In this document: positions 46,357-56,352 of the stretch, piece by piece
Numbering within the stretch: position 1 is the stretch's first letter
Layout of the letters: each line of letters begins with the position of its first letter
DNA from: a bacterium
GTDB taxonomy: Bacteria > Patescibacteriota > Minisyncoccia > UBA6257 > 2-01-FULL-56-20
Length of the DNA stretch: 64,000 nt
Assembly (NCBI GenBank): GCA_021827685.1
Contig: JAKAUM010000007.1
Span: forward strand, 9,842 to 73,841
Direction: 5' to 3'
Translations under genes and position numbers: made by a program
The notes under the pieces: generated by a model
What the model was told of the DNA's origin: nothing
The model's input: the letters and a program-made list of their open reading frames with translations, nothing else
The model's database searches: none

Positions 46357-46932
46357 ATGGCAAGCAATCACGATACGGAGTACATCGACGTTTTGGATGA
46401 AAAAGGGGCTCCCGCCGGAATAAAAAAGACGCGTGCGGAAATTCACCGCGACAGGCTCCGGCACAGGGTGGTGCACGTATGGCTTCTGAATCCGGACGGA
46501 GAACTGCTGATCCAGCGCCGGTCGCCCATAAAGTCCACCTATCCGGACATGTGGGACATCTCGGCGGCCGGCCATATTGATGCCGGTGAAACTCCGGAGG
46601 AGGCCGTCATGCGCGAGGTAAAGGAAGAGCTCGGCATAGTTCTCGGCGAAGGCGATGCGCAATACCTCTTCACGGTGGATGAAGGTAAAACATCCCTCCA
46701 TGGCGGCGGCATCAACCGGGAATTCCAAAATGTGTACCTGGCGAGAGTCCTTGGAAAGGAAAAAGTCGTCCTGCAGGAAGATGAGGTCGCGGAAATAAGA
46801 TGGGTGCCGTGGCGGGAACTCCGGGAAATTGTCGAGAGCCGGAACCCCGCGCGCGCCGCGCAATTCGTTTCCCATCCGGAGGAATATAGAAAATTGTTCG
46901 CCATTTTAGAGAAGGCGGAAACCCGCGCCTAA
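46357..46932 (+). CDS. NUDIX hydrolase (Idi-like)
   Basis: HRVVHVW, QRRS..K...P..WD, AAGHIDAGETPEEAVMREVKEELG. Confidence 0.9.
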   Translation: MASNHDTEYIDVLDEKGAPAGIKKTRAEIHRDRLRHRVVHVWLLNPDGELLIQRRSPIKSTYPDMWDISAAGHIDAGETPEEAVMREVKEELGIVLGEGDAQYLFTVDEGKTSLHGGGINREFQNVYLARVLGKEKVVLQEDEVAEIRWVPWRELREIVESRNPARAAQFVSHPEEYRKLFAILEKAETRA

Positions 46933-46978
46933 AACAAATCCCCCGTTCCAAAAGTCAGGCGATCTGCGCATCGCGGCG

Positions 46979-47689
46979 CTATCCCTCCGCCGAGAGCGCC
47001 GCGCCGATGGCGGGGCCGTTCTCGCGAAAGCGGGAGCGGCGCACCGGAACGGCGATGCCCTGCCGTCGCATTGCCCGGCGGATGAGCGTGAACATGCGCG
47101 GCTTCCGTAAAAGCCCTCCTCCGATGACGATCGCATCGGGCGATAGTCCGGCAATGAGCGGCAAAAGCGCTTTCGCAAGGAATCCGGCAAGCGCGGGCGG
47201 CGGAGACGAGAGGCGCTTCTGGTAGGCGCCTTCCCACCGTTCCGCGCGGCTGAGACGAGCCGATGCCGCGACCTTGCCGTTGCGCACGAAGGCGCGGCCG
47301 ACGCCCGTGCCGAAAATGAGCGCGAGGAGCCGCCGGGCGCCCTTGCCCGCGCCGCGTTTCGCCTCGACGAGCGCGAAGCACCTGGCATCATTCTCGACGC
47401 GCACGATGGCGACGTTGCGCGGCGCAAACGCGCGGAAATCCATCCCCCGGAGGAGGGGCAGGTTATGCGCAAAGGCGCCGCGCGCGCGCCGGACCTCTCC
47501 GGGAAAACCGACGCCGACCCGGCGGACGCCCATGCGCTCGAGCCCCGAAAAGGCCGCGCTCAGCGCGGCGGCGAAGCGCGCCTTGCGGCGCGGCGTTTTA
47601 AATTCATGCGATGCGACGATCCGCAAGCGTTCCAATACTATCCAGCGCACTTTCGTGCCGCCGATGTCCACACCTCCGATCCGTTCCAT
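46979..47689 (-). CDS. ROK family sugar kinase-like protein
   Basis: GVDIGGTK, GVGFPG, ENDARCFALVE, GTGVG, IVIGGG. Confidence 0.85.
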   Translation of the reverse strand: MERIGGVDIGGTKVRWIVLERLRIVASHEFKTPRRKARFAAALSAAFSGLERMGVRRVGVGFPGEVRRARGAFAHNLPLLRGMDFRAFAPRNVAIVRVENDARCFALVEAKRGAGKGARRLLALIFGTGVGRAFVRNGKVAASARLSRAERWEGAYQKRLSSPPPALAGFLAKALLPLIAGLSPDAIVIGGGLLRKPRMFTLIRRAMRRQGIAVPVRRSRFRENGPAIGAALSAEG

Positions 47690-47716
47690 GCTTTAACTAT
47701 CTGCCATAATGGGATC

Positions 47717-48988
47717 ATGGGCAACATCCGCGAGGTGCGCATCTCGCGCAAAACGCGCATCGGCGACTATGACCAGTTCGCAAAAGGAACCGAAGCCGGC
47801 CTGCGCAAAATAGCGAAGCCGCTCAGAGGGCGGCGCATTTTGCACGTAAACGCCACGGCGGATGGCGGCGGCGTGGCGGAACTTCTGCAGGGCCAGGTGT
47901 CTTTCGAAAATGCGCTCGGCCTTGCAAGCCGCTGGTTCGTGATCAACGCGCCATCCCGGTTTTTTGCGGCCACGAAACAGATGCACAACCTGCTGCAGGG
48001 CAAGAGCGGCAGATTGGACGAGGGAAGCAAGCGTTTTTATCTTGAAATGAACCGCGCGTTCGGCAGGTCGCTTATGCGCATCGTCTCGTCATTCAGGCCT
48101 CACGCCGTGGTCATCCACGACCCCCAGCCGCTGGCCGCCATCGGCGCGCTCGCCGGAAAGGTGCCCGTCATCTCGCGGCTTCACGGAGACCTCCTCACGC
48201 CGAATACGGAAACGCTGGAGTTCATCAGGCCATTCCTCATGAAAGCGAAACGGGTCGTGATGAGTAATCGCGACTATTTGAAAAACTTCCCGTGGCTTTC
48301 GCCGCGGCAGGCGGATATTATCTATCCGGCAATCGATCCGTTTTCCGCGAAAAACAAGCCGATGGAAAAGGATGCGGCGGCGCGGATATTGGAAGGATTC
48401 GGGGTCAACCCGACCAAGCCGCTCATCGCGCAGATCTCGCGGTTCGATCCATGGAAGGATCCGATGGGGGTGGTGCAAGCCTATTATCGCGCAAAGAACG
48501 TCTTTCCGACGCTCCAGCTTGCCTTAGTCGGCCTCACGCTCGCGAAAGACGATCCGGGGGCGGCTGACATATTTCGGCAGATTAAAAAGCATGAGAAGGG
48601 CGATCCGGACATCTTCCTTTTCGCCGACCCCCGCATCACGAAACGCGTTCCGAACGACGCCCTGGTAAGCGCGGCGTACGTCGCAAGCGAGGTCATAGTC
48701 CAGAAAAGCATCCGCGAGGGATTCGGCCTCACTATGACCGAAGCGATGTGGAAGGGAAAAGCGCTTGTTGCGGGAAGAACGAGCGGCGCGCGGGCGCAGA
48801 TCAGCGACGGAAGGAACGGGATTCTCGTCTCATCGCCGGAGGAAGCCGGCCGCGCCATCGTGCGCCTCCTCCGCCATCCGGCATTCCGCGCCAAACTCGG
48901 CCGGGCGGCGCGCGAATCGGTACGGCGGCACTTCCTCATGCCGAGGTTCGTCGCCGACAACCTAAAATTGTACAAAGAAGTGGCATAG
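47717..48988 (+). CDS. GT4 glycosyltransferase, TreT-like trehalose synthase
   Basis: HVNAT..GGGVAELL, IHDPQP, PAIDP.S.KN, ISRFDPWKD, QKSIREGFGLT.TEAMWK. Confidence 0.88.
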   Translation: MGNIREVRISRKTRIGDYDQFAKGTEAGLRKIAKPLRGRRILHVNATADGGGVAELLQGQVSFENALGLASRWFVINAPSRFFAATKQMHNLLQGKSGRLDEGSKRFYLEMNRAFGRSLMRIVSSFRPHAVVIHDPQPLAAIGALAGKVPVISRLHGDLLTPNTETLEFIRPFLMKAKRVVMSNRDYLKNFPWLSPRQADIIYPAIDPFSAKNKPMEKDAAARILEGFGVNPTKPLIAQISRFDPWKDPMGVVQAYYRAKNVFPTLQLALVGLTLAKDDPGAADIFRQIKKHEKGDPDIFLFADPRITKRVPNDALVSAAYVASEVIVQKSIREGFGLTMTEAMWKGKALVAGRTSGARAQISDGRNGILVSSPEEAGRAIVRLLRHPAFRAKLGRAARESVRRHFLMPRFVADNLKLYKEVA

Positions 48989-49045
48989 GAGCCTCACGGC
49001 CTGCCGCTCCCTCTTGCATTCCGTTCTATTTACCCGATCACCCCC

Positions 49046-49654
49046 TTAATTCGCGTACACCCAAATGCGGGCCGACATGCCATCCGTAAGTTTGGGATAG
49101 CGCGCCGGGTTGAAACGAACGTAGACGTCGAACCGGTTCGTCGGCCGCTGGTCGAAGACATTGGAGGTCACGCTTGCCTCCGCCACCCGCCCGATCTGGC
49201 TCACGACGCCCTCATATACCTTCGATCCGAACGCATCCACCGTGAACTTCGCCACGTCGCCCACCTTGATCGAGGAAAGCCCCTTGTCCTCGTCAATCTG
49301 GCCCACGACGCGGAGCTGGGTCGGGTCGATCATTGTCGCGACGACGTCCTGCCCGGTCGCGGCATTCTCGAACTCGCCGATATTCCTGTCGACGCTCACG
49401 ATCTCGCCCGCCGTCTGCGATTCCACGATCTCGTTCCCCACGAGCGCGACGGGCTGGTTCGCCGCCACCGTATCGCCGACGTTTACATAGATGGCACGGA
49501 GCTGGCCGGATACCGAGGGCGAGAGGTTGATTATGGGCGCCCGGATCTCCGAAAGATCGATGTAGACGGTCTGCGCCGAAACATACCAGTAGGCGCCTAT
49601 GCCGATCGCGGCGGCGGCGGCGATGGCTAACGTGACGGAACGGCGGGTAGTCAT
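49046..49654 (-). CDS. Short HlyD/EmrA-like membrane fusion protein
   Basis: TM, lipoyl-like SG....V..GDTV, beta-barrel IKVGD...FTVDAF, GMSA. Confidence 0.8.
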   Translation of the reverse strand: MTTRRSVTLAIAAAAAIGIGAYWYVSAQTVYIDLSEIRAPIINLSPSVSGQLRAIYVNVGDTVAANQPVALVGNEIVESQTAGEIVSVDRNIGEFENAATGQDVVATMIDPTQLRVVGQIDEDKGLSSIKVGDVAKFTVDAFGSKVYEGVVSQIGRVAEASVTSNVFDQRPTNRFDVYVRFNPARYPKLTDGMSARIWVYAN

Positions 49655-49672
49655 GGTTTTATGAGAAATTCG

Positions 49673-51217
49673 TTAAAAGTTTACAAGCTCGTCGCCGGCC
49701 TTGATGCCCGAAATGATCTCCGTCATGCCGCCCATGCCTACGAGGCCGACCGTAACCGGCTGTCGCACGATGCCGGCGGCGGTCCGAAGGAGCACTAAAT
49801 TCTCGTTGCCGTTGTTCAAAACGAGCCGGCTCGGCACCGCGATAACATTGCTGTCTTCGGCAAGCTTAATGCGGACGTCGCCCGTCATGCCGACCCTTAC
49901 CTGCGGCTCAAGTTCCGTAAAATGGAGCGTGACGAGGTATGACGGAACGCCGGCTACGAGCGTTTCCGCGCTATCCACCGCCGTCACGGTCGAGGGGAAT
50001 GTCGAGCTCACGCCGAATGCATCGAGCGTCACCGACGCCGTGTCGCCTACTTTTACTTTCGCGACGTCGAGTTCCGATACGTACGTCTCTAATTTTAGTC
50101 CGTTCGAATTCACGAGGGTCATTACGGGCGCTCCGCCCGCAACCACCTCGCCCACCTGCGCCGTGACGTTCTGCACGGTGCCGGGGAACGGCGCGACGAG
50201 CGACGCTTCGCTAAGCGCCACCTGCGCCGCCGACGCCGACGCCTCCGCTTGCGCGACGGCGGCCTCCTGCTCGGCGATCGCCTGCGGCGTGGAACTCGCC
50301 GTCGTAAGATTCAGCCCTGCCTGCGCCTCTGCGACCGCCACTTTTTCCGACGCGATCGCCTGCGCGGCGCTCGTTACCTCCGTGGTCGCCTCATTCACCT
50401 CGGTAAGGCCCGTCGTCGCCGAAGTCTTATAGGCCGCCGCCGTCGATGCGACAAGCCCCGTTTCGTCCGTAAGCGCCGTGAGCGACAGGTTCATAAGATC
50501 TTGCACCGTTGCGAGATGCGTCGCGGCATCGGCAAGTGCGGCGCTGAGCGCGGCGGGGCTCGAACTGCCGCTTATGCCCGCAAGCTCGGCCTGCCACGCA
50601 TTCAACTCCGCGCTCGCGGAAACTCGCGTGTTCTCGATATTGTTAAGCACCTGCGAACCGGTAATCGTAAAGGTCAGCTGGGGGTTCGTGGTTTCCGGCG
50701 ACGAGAAGAATGACGCAAGCTGGGTCCTCACGGCGTCATTCGCCTTGGCATAGGCATCATCCAATGTGTTCGGCACTGCGGCATAGCTCACTGCGAGCGA
50801 CTGCTCCGCCGCCGCGAGCGAGGCCTGCGACACTGCGATCGTCTGGGTGGTTGCGCCGGCCTCGAGCGCGTCGAGTTTCGCCTGCGCCTCGGCGAGCGCC
50901 GCATTCGCCTGCCGGACGCCGGCCTCAAGCGTCGCGGCGTCAAGCGTCGCGAGCGGCGTTCCGGCATCTACCGCCTGCCCGTCATTCACGTATACGCTCG
51001 TGATCCGCCCGGATTCCTGGAATGAAATAGTCGCGTTGTTCTCGGCGGCCACGGTCGCCGGTTCATCGATGGCGAGGGTGACGTTCGCGCGTCCGACGGC
51101 GTACGCGCCGAGCGCGGGCTCTCCGTTTGAGGCGATATACCATGCCGAAATGACCGCGACCATGCCGACCGCAATCCATGCAATAGCTTTCGCGCGCGCT
51201 GTAAGAAATTTTTTCAT
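49673..51217 (-). CDS. Efflux periplasmic adaptor (HlyD/MacA-like) with long coiled coil
   Basis: F..SGRI..V.V..GQ.V, LVAPFPGTV, VSELDVAKVKVGD, GMTG, V.VGL. Confidence 0.88.
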   Translation of the reverse strand: MKKFLTARAKAIAWIAVGMVAVISAWYIASNGEPALGAYAVGRANVTLAIDEPATVAAENNATISFQESGRITSVYVNDGQAVDAGTPLATLDAATLEAGVRQANAALAEAQAKLDALEAGATTQTIAVSQASLAAAEQSLAVSYAAVPNTLDDAYAKANDAVRTQLASFFSSPETTNPQLTFTITGSQVLNNIENTRVSASAELNAWQAELAGISGSSSPAALSAALADAATHLATVQDLMNLSLTALTDETGLVASTAAAYKTSATTGLTEVNEATTEVTSAAQAIASEKVAVAEAQAGLNLTTASSTPQAIAEQEAAVAQAEASASAAQVALSEASLVAPFPGTVQNVTAQVGEVVAGGAPVMTLVNSNGLKLETYVSELDVAKVKVGDTASVTLDAFGVSSTFPSTVTAVDSAETLVAGVPSYLVTLHFTELEPQVRVGMTGDVRIKLAEDSNVIAVPSRLVLNNGNENLVLLRTAAGIVRQPVTVGLVGMGGMTEIISGIKAGDELVNF

Positions 51218-51252
51218 TAAATTATCTTGATCCTTCCGTTATCCATAATATA

Positions 51253-52002
51253 TCATGCCTGGACCTTTTCGAAAAAATAACCGCCCAGCCATATGCAGAT
51301 GAACGCGAGGACGACGAGGAAGATCGTGTCGCCCGGCACCGTAAGGTCGTGATGGCCGATGTCGGCGAAAAGGACGCGCAGGGCGTCCACCCCGTAGGTC
51401 AAAGGATCGACGCGCGCGATAAGTTCGAGCCAGCTCGGCATGTTCTCAAGGGGGAAGAACGCTCCCGAGATGAAGAGGAGGGGGAGGACGAGGAAATTGA
51501 CGACGAGCTGGAACGCCTGCATGTCCTCGATGAGCGAGCCGAGGATAGTGCCGAAGGCGGCGAAGACAAGGGCGATGAGGAACACGATAAAGAATGCCGG
51601 AAGCACCGCGCCCCACGAAACCGGCCGAAAGCCGAAGAGGTATGCGACGATGAACGTGATGGCTCCTTGTACGGTGGAAGCGGTTGCGGCGCCGATCGTC
51701 CGCCCGAACATGACGTCGGTGCGCGACATCGGCGCAACGAGCGTTTCCTTGAGAAATCCGAACTGGCGGTCCCAGATGACCTCGAGGCCCGAGAAGGTAG
51801 CCGTGAAAATGATGCTCATGCCGATAAGGCCGGGCGCAAGGTAATCGATGTAATTTATGCCGCCCGCCGCAAAGGAGCTCCCGAGGCCGTAGCCGAACAT
51901 GACAAGAAAAACGGTGGGCTGTACAACGAACGCAACCATCCGTATCGGCGAGCGGATATATTTTTTAACCTGCCTCAGCCAAAGGTAATATATTTTTTTC
52001 AT
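51253..52002 (-). CDS. ABC-2 type permease (DrrB-like)
   Basis: DRQFGFLKETLVAP, FISGAFFPL, DPLTYGVDALR. Confidence 0.93.
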   Translation of the reverse strand: MKKIYYLWLRQVKKYIRSPIRMVAFVVQPTVFLVMFGYGLGSSFAAGGINYIDYLAPGLIGMSIIFTATFSGLEVIWDRQFGFLKETLVAPMSRTDVMFGRTIGAATASTVQGAITFIVAYLFGFRPVSWGAVLPAFFIVFLIALVFAAFGTILGSLIEDMQAFQLVVNFLVLPLLFISGAFFPLENMPSWLELIARVDPLTYGVDALRVLFADIGHHDLTVPGDTIFLVVLAFICIWLGGYFFEKVQA

Positions 52003-52003
52003 A

Positions 52004-52792
52004 TTAGCGGCGTCCGAACATGCGGCCCATCCCCCTCATTTGGGCAGACTGGGCCGCTTCCTCTTCGCGGATCGACTTCCCGGTGAGCGCGAGGAATGCG
52101 TCTTCCAGGCGTTCCTCGTGCGCCTGTTTTTTAAGCTCGGCGGGCGACCCGATTGCGATGATCCTGCCGTGATCCATGATGGCAACGCGCTGCGCCATGA
52201 GGTCGGCTTCCTCGATGTAATGCGTCGTGAGGAAGACGGTCATCCCCTCCGATTTATTGAGCTGTCTTATGCGGTCCCAAAGGAGGTTTCTCGTCTGGGG
52301 GTCGAGGCCCGAGGTCGGCTCGTCGAGAAAAAGGATCTTCGGGTCGTGCAGGAGCCCGCGCGCGATCTCAAGGCGGCGCTTCATGCCGCCCGAGAACTCC
52401 TTTACCTGGCTGTCCTTCCTGTCCCAGAGGTCCACTACCTTGAGCAGTTCTTCGCCGCGCACGCGGCGCTCGTCGTCAGGCACGTCGTAAAGCACGCCGT
52501 GCAAATCCATGTTCTCCCAAGCCGTGAGATCGTCGTCGACGGACGAATCCTGGAAAACGATGCCGAACGTCCGCCGCGCGCGCTCGGGCTCCGCGACCGG
52601 ATCGATGCCGTTCAATCGGATCTTCCCCGACGTCGGGCGGAGGAGCGTTGTGAGCATTTTCACGGTCGTCGTCTTCCCCGCCCCGTTCGGTCCGAGAAAC
52701 GCAAAAATTTCACCTTGGCCGATATTAAACGTTACGCCGTTCACCGCCGTGAGGTCGCCGAACTTTTTGGTTAAATTTTCCACGTCGATCAT
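52004..52792 (-). CDS. ABC transporter ATPase (DrrA-like)
   Basis: GPNGAGKTT, FSGGMKRRLEIARG, LDEPT, TTHY. Confidence 0.95.
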   Translation of the reverse strand: MIDVENLTKKFGDLTAVNGVTFNIGQGEIFAFLGPNGAGKTTTVKMLTTLLRPTSGKIRLNGIDPVAEPERARRTFGIVFQDSSVDDDLTAWENMDLHGVLYDVPDDERRVRGEELLKVVDLWDRKDSQVKEFSGGMKRRLEIARGLLHDPKILFLDEPTSGLDPQTRNLLWDRIRQLNKSEGMTVFLTTHYIEEADLMAQRVAIMDHGRIIAIGSPAELKKQAHEERLEDAFLALTGKSIREEEAAQSAQMRGMGRMFGRR

Positions 52793-52892
52793 GGCGATGA
52801 TGGTTCAGTGTTTAAACAATATCGCGCGCCCATAGGAAGGGTCAAGGGCTTTGATTCCTTCCGGGCCTGCCCGCACGGCGGAAATATCGGCG

Positions 52893-54773
52893 TCAGCGGA
52901 GCGCGGAATCCGGTTCGCGGCGGACGGAAAACAGCCGGGCGGTATTCGCAAGCACGAGCACCGAGCTCGCTTCGTGGAATAAGGCGGTTTGGAGTAGTGT
53001 GATCATGCCGAGCGCGGCAAAAAGCCCCGCGGCCGCATGGATCGCCGTCGCCCCGACAAGGTCTTCCTTGATGACGGCGATGACCCGCTTCGAATGTCCG
53101 ATAATCCTCGGTATTTTCATAAGATTCTCCTCCACGAGCACGACGCTCGCCGCGTTCGTCGCGAGGTCGGTCCCCCGCACCCCCATCGCGATCCCCGCGG
53201 TCGCCGCGGAGAGCGCGGGCGCGTCATTGATGCCGTCGCCGACCATGATCGACCGCTCGCCTTTTTTCTCAAATTCCCGGATGCACGCGATCTTGTCCTC
53301 GGGAGAAAGGTTCGCCGCGATCGACGGCTCGGGGAGGCCGAGAAGGCCCGCGATGTGCCGTGCGACGGCGATATCGTCCCCTGTCAAAATGCGGAGGTCG
53401 TATCCCTCCTCCTTCAAGGCCCGGATCGCCTGCGCCGCTTCGGGCCGGAGAAAGTCGGCAACGAAGATCGCGCCGATAAGCGCTCCGTTCTGGGCGACAA
53501 AGACCGGCGTCTCTCCGCGGCCTTCGCGCTCCGCCGCGGCCGCGCGAAACTCGGGCGGGAGCGCCACGCCCTGTTCTTTGAGAAACTTTTCACTCCCCAT
53601 GGTAAAGCGGTCGCTTCCCCGCTCAGCCGTGAGCCCTCCTCCCTTCACGACGTGCACGCCCGCGAATTCTTCCGTGGCAATATTCCTCTTTGCCGCCTCC
53701 CGGACGATCGCCTTTGCGATCTCATGCTCCGATTTTTTCTCCATGCCGCCCGCGCGGGAGAGAAGCGCGTCTTCGCCGCCGCGGCCGCCCTTCCCGTCCG
53801 CAAGCATGATTTCGCGAACCGACGGCGTTCCCGCAGTGAGGGTTCCCGTCTTGTCGAAAACGGCGTGCCTGATCTTCGTGAGGTCCTCGATCGTTTCGGC
53901 GCCTTTTATGAGAATGCCCATTCTCGCGGCGGTGCTTACGCCGATGCTCACCGATACCGGCCCTATGATCGCGAACACGATCGGCACCATCGCGATCCAA
54001 AGGCCGAGCGCCCGGAAAAGATCGCCGGTAAAGAGATAAAGCGCAATGACGAGAACCGCAACCACGAGCGAAGTGTATTTCGCGTACTCGTCGATAAAAC
54101 GCGCAATCGGCGTCTTTTCGCGTCCCGCCTCTTCGGCAATCTTCCGGATTTGAGCGACCGTCGAGTTCTCGCCGACCCGCGCCGCGCGCATCTCGAAATA
54201 GTCTCCGGCGTTGATGGATCCCGCGGGGACTTCGCCGCCTTGCGCGACGGCGATCGGACGCGATTCGCCGGAAATCACCGATTCGTCGAGGAGGGCGGTT
54301 TCCGCAAGGAGGGTTCCGTCCGCCGGCGCGCGGCCGCCGGGCTCCACGACCACGGTGTCGCCGACCGCGATCTCGGCGATCTCGATCTCCTTCACCTCGC
54401 CCGAGGGCGACTTCACAAAACCCGTGTGCGGAAGGAAGACGGTAATCCTTTCAAGCGACTGGCGTACTTTATATAAGATGATCGCCTTGAATAAATCGCC
54501 GGCGATCATGATGAGGACGAAGACGGCGGCAACCGTAATCGCGTTCACGTACACGAGAACGTAAATCGTAAACGCCATCGACACGCCCACGTCGAACTGC
54601 GCATGCGCGGCGCGCTTCGCGGCATTCGAAAGCGTGGGCCACATGGCGCCGGTAAGAAGCAAAAATCCGATCCATTGGAGCGGGAGCGGGTGTCCGCGGC
54701 TGAAGAATACGCAGCCCAAAAGAACGGCGGGGAAAGCCGCTCTTGCGATGAAAACCATAAGGATGCGCTTCAT
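52893..54773 (-). CDS. P1B-type (heavy-metal-like) ATPase with atypical metal site
   Basis: DKTGTLT, SGES, GDGINDAPAL, HEASS; VPI replaces CPC. Confidence 0.9.
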   Translation of the reverse strand: MKRILMVFIARAAFPAVLLGCVFFSRGHPLPLQWIGFLLLTGAMWPTLSNAAKRAAHAQFDVGVSMAFTIYVLVYVNAITVAAVFVLIMIAGDLFKAIILYKVRQSLERITVFLPHTGFVKSPSGEVKEIEIAEIAVGDTVVVEPGGRAPADGTLLAETALLDESVISGESRPIAVAQGGEVPAGSINAGDYFEMRAARVGENSTVAQIRKIAEEAGREKTPIARFIDEYAKYTSLVVAVLVIALYLFTGDLFRALGLWIAMVPIVFAIIGPVSVSIGVSTAARMGILIKGAETIEDLTKIRHAVFDKTGTLTAGTPSVREIMLADGKGGRGGEDALLSRAGGMEKKSEHEIAKAIVREAAKRNIATEEFAGVHVVKGGGLTAERGSDRFTMGSEKFLKEQGVALPPEFRAAAAEREGRGETPVFVAQNGALIGAIFVADFLRPEAAQAIRALKEEGYDLRILTGDDIAVARHIAGLLGLPEPSIAANLSPEDKIACIREFEKKGERSIMVGDGINDAPALSAATAGIAMGVRGTDLATNAASVVLVEENLMKIPRIIGHSKRVIAVIKEDLVGATAIHAAAGLFAALGMITLLQTALFHEASSVLVLANTARLFSVRREPDSALR

Positions 54774-54896
54774 GACGTTAGAATGACCGTTCTTGCACTT
54801 ATTCTACCCCACCGGCGGCATTTTCCTTATGCACATCGGACAAGACAGCCGCCGGAGAAAATCCGGAGCCTGCCGCCCGCGGGGTCATTGACAAAG

Positions 54897-56351
54897 CTAA
54901 AGCGCTTCGAGGTCGAGAACGTGATCGATCTTTATCTGTTTTACGAATTCCGGCACGTGACTCACGAGGATCATGGCTCCTTCGTAGCGGTCGAGTGCTT
55001 TTGCAATCACGGGAATATGGCGGAAATTGATGTGATTCGTCGGCTCGTCGAGGATGAGGATCCCGGGGTGGAGAAGGGTGAGCCGCGCAAATGCCACGAG
55101 TCCTTTCTGGCCTTCGGAGAGTAAGCCGATCTTTGTTCTTAATATTTCCGCATTGAGAAGAAATCCGGCGGCGGCGGAGCGGAGCTCTTGTTCCGTACCA
55201 TTGTCTTTAATCGCAGCGGCGAGCGTGCTATACACCGTCGCCGTAAAATCGAGCGTCGAAAAATCTTGGCGGTAGTAGCCGATGCGCACGCCCGGCGCGA
55301 TACACTCCCCCTTTGCATGGCCGCTCGCCAGCTTTTCGAGAAGCGTGGTCTTGCCTATTCCATTCGGGCCGGCGAGAAGAAGCCGTTCTTTTTTCTTGAG
55401 CGTTACGTCAACTTTTTTCACCGCGGGCCTATGATTTTTTATTATCGAAACCGAGGCGAGATCGAGGATCTTCCCGCTTAAATTTTCTTGGCAGGGAATC
55501 ACAAAACTCCGGATGGTCTTGTCTTCGTGCCGCATTTCCACGATATCCTCCTCAAGCTTCTCGATTTTTTCTCTCATCTTCCGCGCAACGTCCCGCATGT
55601 GGCCGCCCTTTTGGGCGAAGAAACCAGCTTGATCCTTCCGATGCGCGATGTCCTTTTCCAGCCGGACGTTCTTCATCCGCTCGCGTTCGAGGCGTATCGA
55701 GATTTCTTTCGTCACGTCCGAATAGTCGCCGGCGTATTGCTCCACCTTATGCGTAAACACGTCGAGGTACAGGACGCCGTGGGTAAAGGAGTTCAAAAAA
55801 TCCGCGTCGTGCGAAATAACGATGCAGGTCTTCGGGTACGCGGCGAGGAATTCCGTAAGGTGGGCGATGCCTTGCTTATCGAGATTGTTCGTCGGCTCGT
55901 CGAGCAATAAAATATCCGGATCTTGGATGAGCGCTTGAGCCAAAAGAATGCGCGCCTGCTGGCCGCCGGAAAGGGACTTCAAGGTTCTTTCGATGGGAAT
56001 TTTGAGATGAACCACTTCCAGGATCTTTTCAATTTTAGGTTCGATGTCATACTGCTTTTTCCTGAAGGCGCTTTCAAAAAATTCTTTCACCGTAAGCCCC
56101 ATAAGGTCTGCGGGGATGACCTGGCGCGCAGTCGCAATCGTCGCATCTTCCGTCACGGTGATACTGCCCGACTCCGGCACGAGCGTTCCCGTAATCATCT
56201 GGAAGATGGTGGTTTTCCCGGCGCCGTTCTGGCCCATGAGGGCGATTTTGGATCCTTCGCGCACGGAAAAGTCCGCTTCCCGGAGAATCGGCCTGCGGTC
56301 GTACTCGAAAGAAACTTTATCGAATCTCAAAATGACGTCGTTGCCGGGCAT
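54897..56351 (-). CDS. ABC-F family ATPase
   Basis: Two ABC domains (GQNGAGKTT, LSGGQ, DEPTNNLD; GPNGIGKTT, LSEGQ, DEPTNH), no TM. Confidence 0.93.
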   Translation of the reverse strand: MPGNDVILRFDKVSFEYDRRPILREADFSVREGSKIALMGQNGAGKTTIFQMITGTLVPESGSITVTEDATIATARQVIPADLMGLTVKEFFESAFRKKQYDIEPKIEKILEVVHLKIPIERTLKSLSGGQQARILLAQALIQDPDILLLDEPTNNLDKQGIAHLTEFLAAYPKTCIVISHDADFLNSFTHGVLYLDVFTHKVEQYAGDYSDVTKEISIRLERERMKNVRLEKDIAHRKDQAGFFAQKGGHMRDVARKMREKIEKLEEDIVEMRHEDKTIRSFVIPCQENLSGKILDLASVSIIKNHRPAVKKVDVTLKKKERLLLAGPNGIGKTTLLEKLASGHAKGECIAPGVRIGYYRQDFSTLDFTATVYSTLAAAIKDNGTEQELRSAAAGFLLNAEILRTKIGLLSEGQKGLVAFARLTLLHPGILILDEPTNHINFRHIPVIAKALDRYEGAMILVSHVPEFVKQIKIDHVLDLEAL

Positions 56352-56352
56352 A

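Noticed and set aside
47465-47716. N-terminal extensions in the ORF track (TreT-like here; also rsmH, trmH, greA, tkt-C, cofE-like)
   Set aside because: They overlap neighbouring genes; internal starts match domain boundaries and upstream -10 boxes
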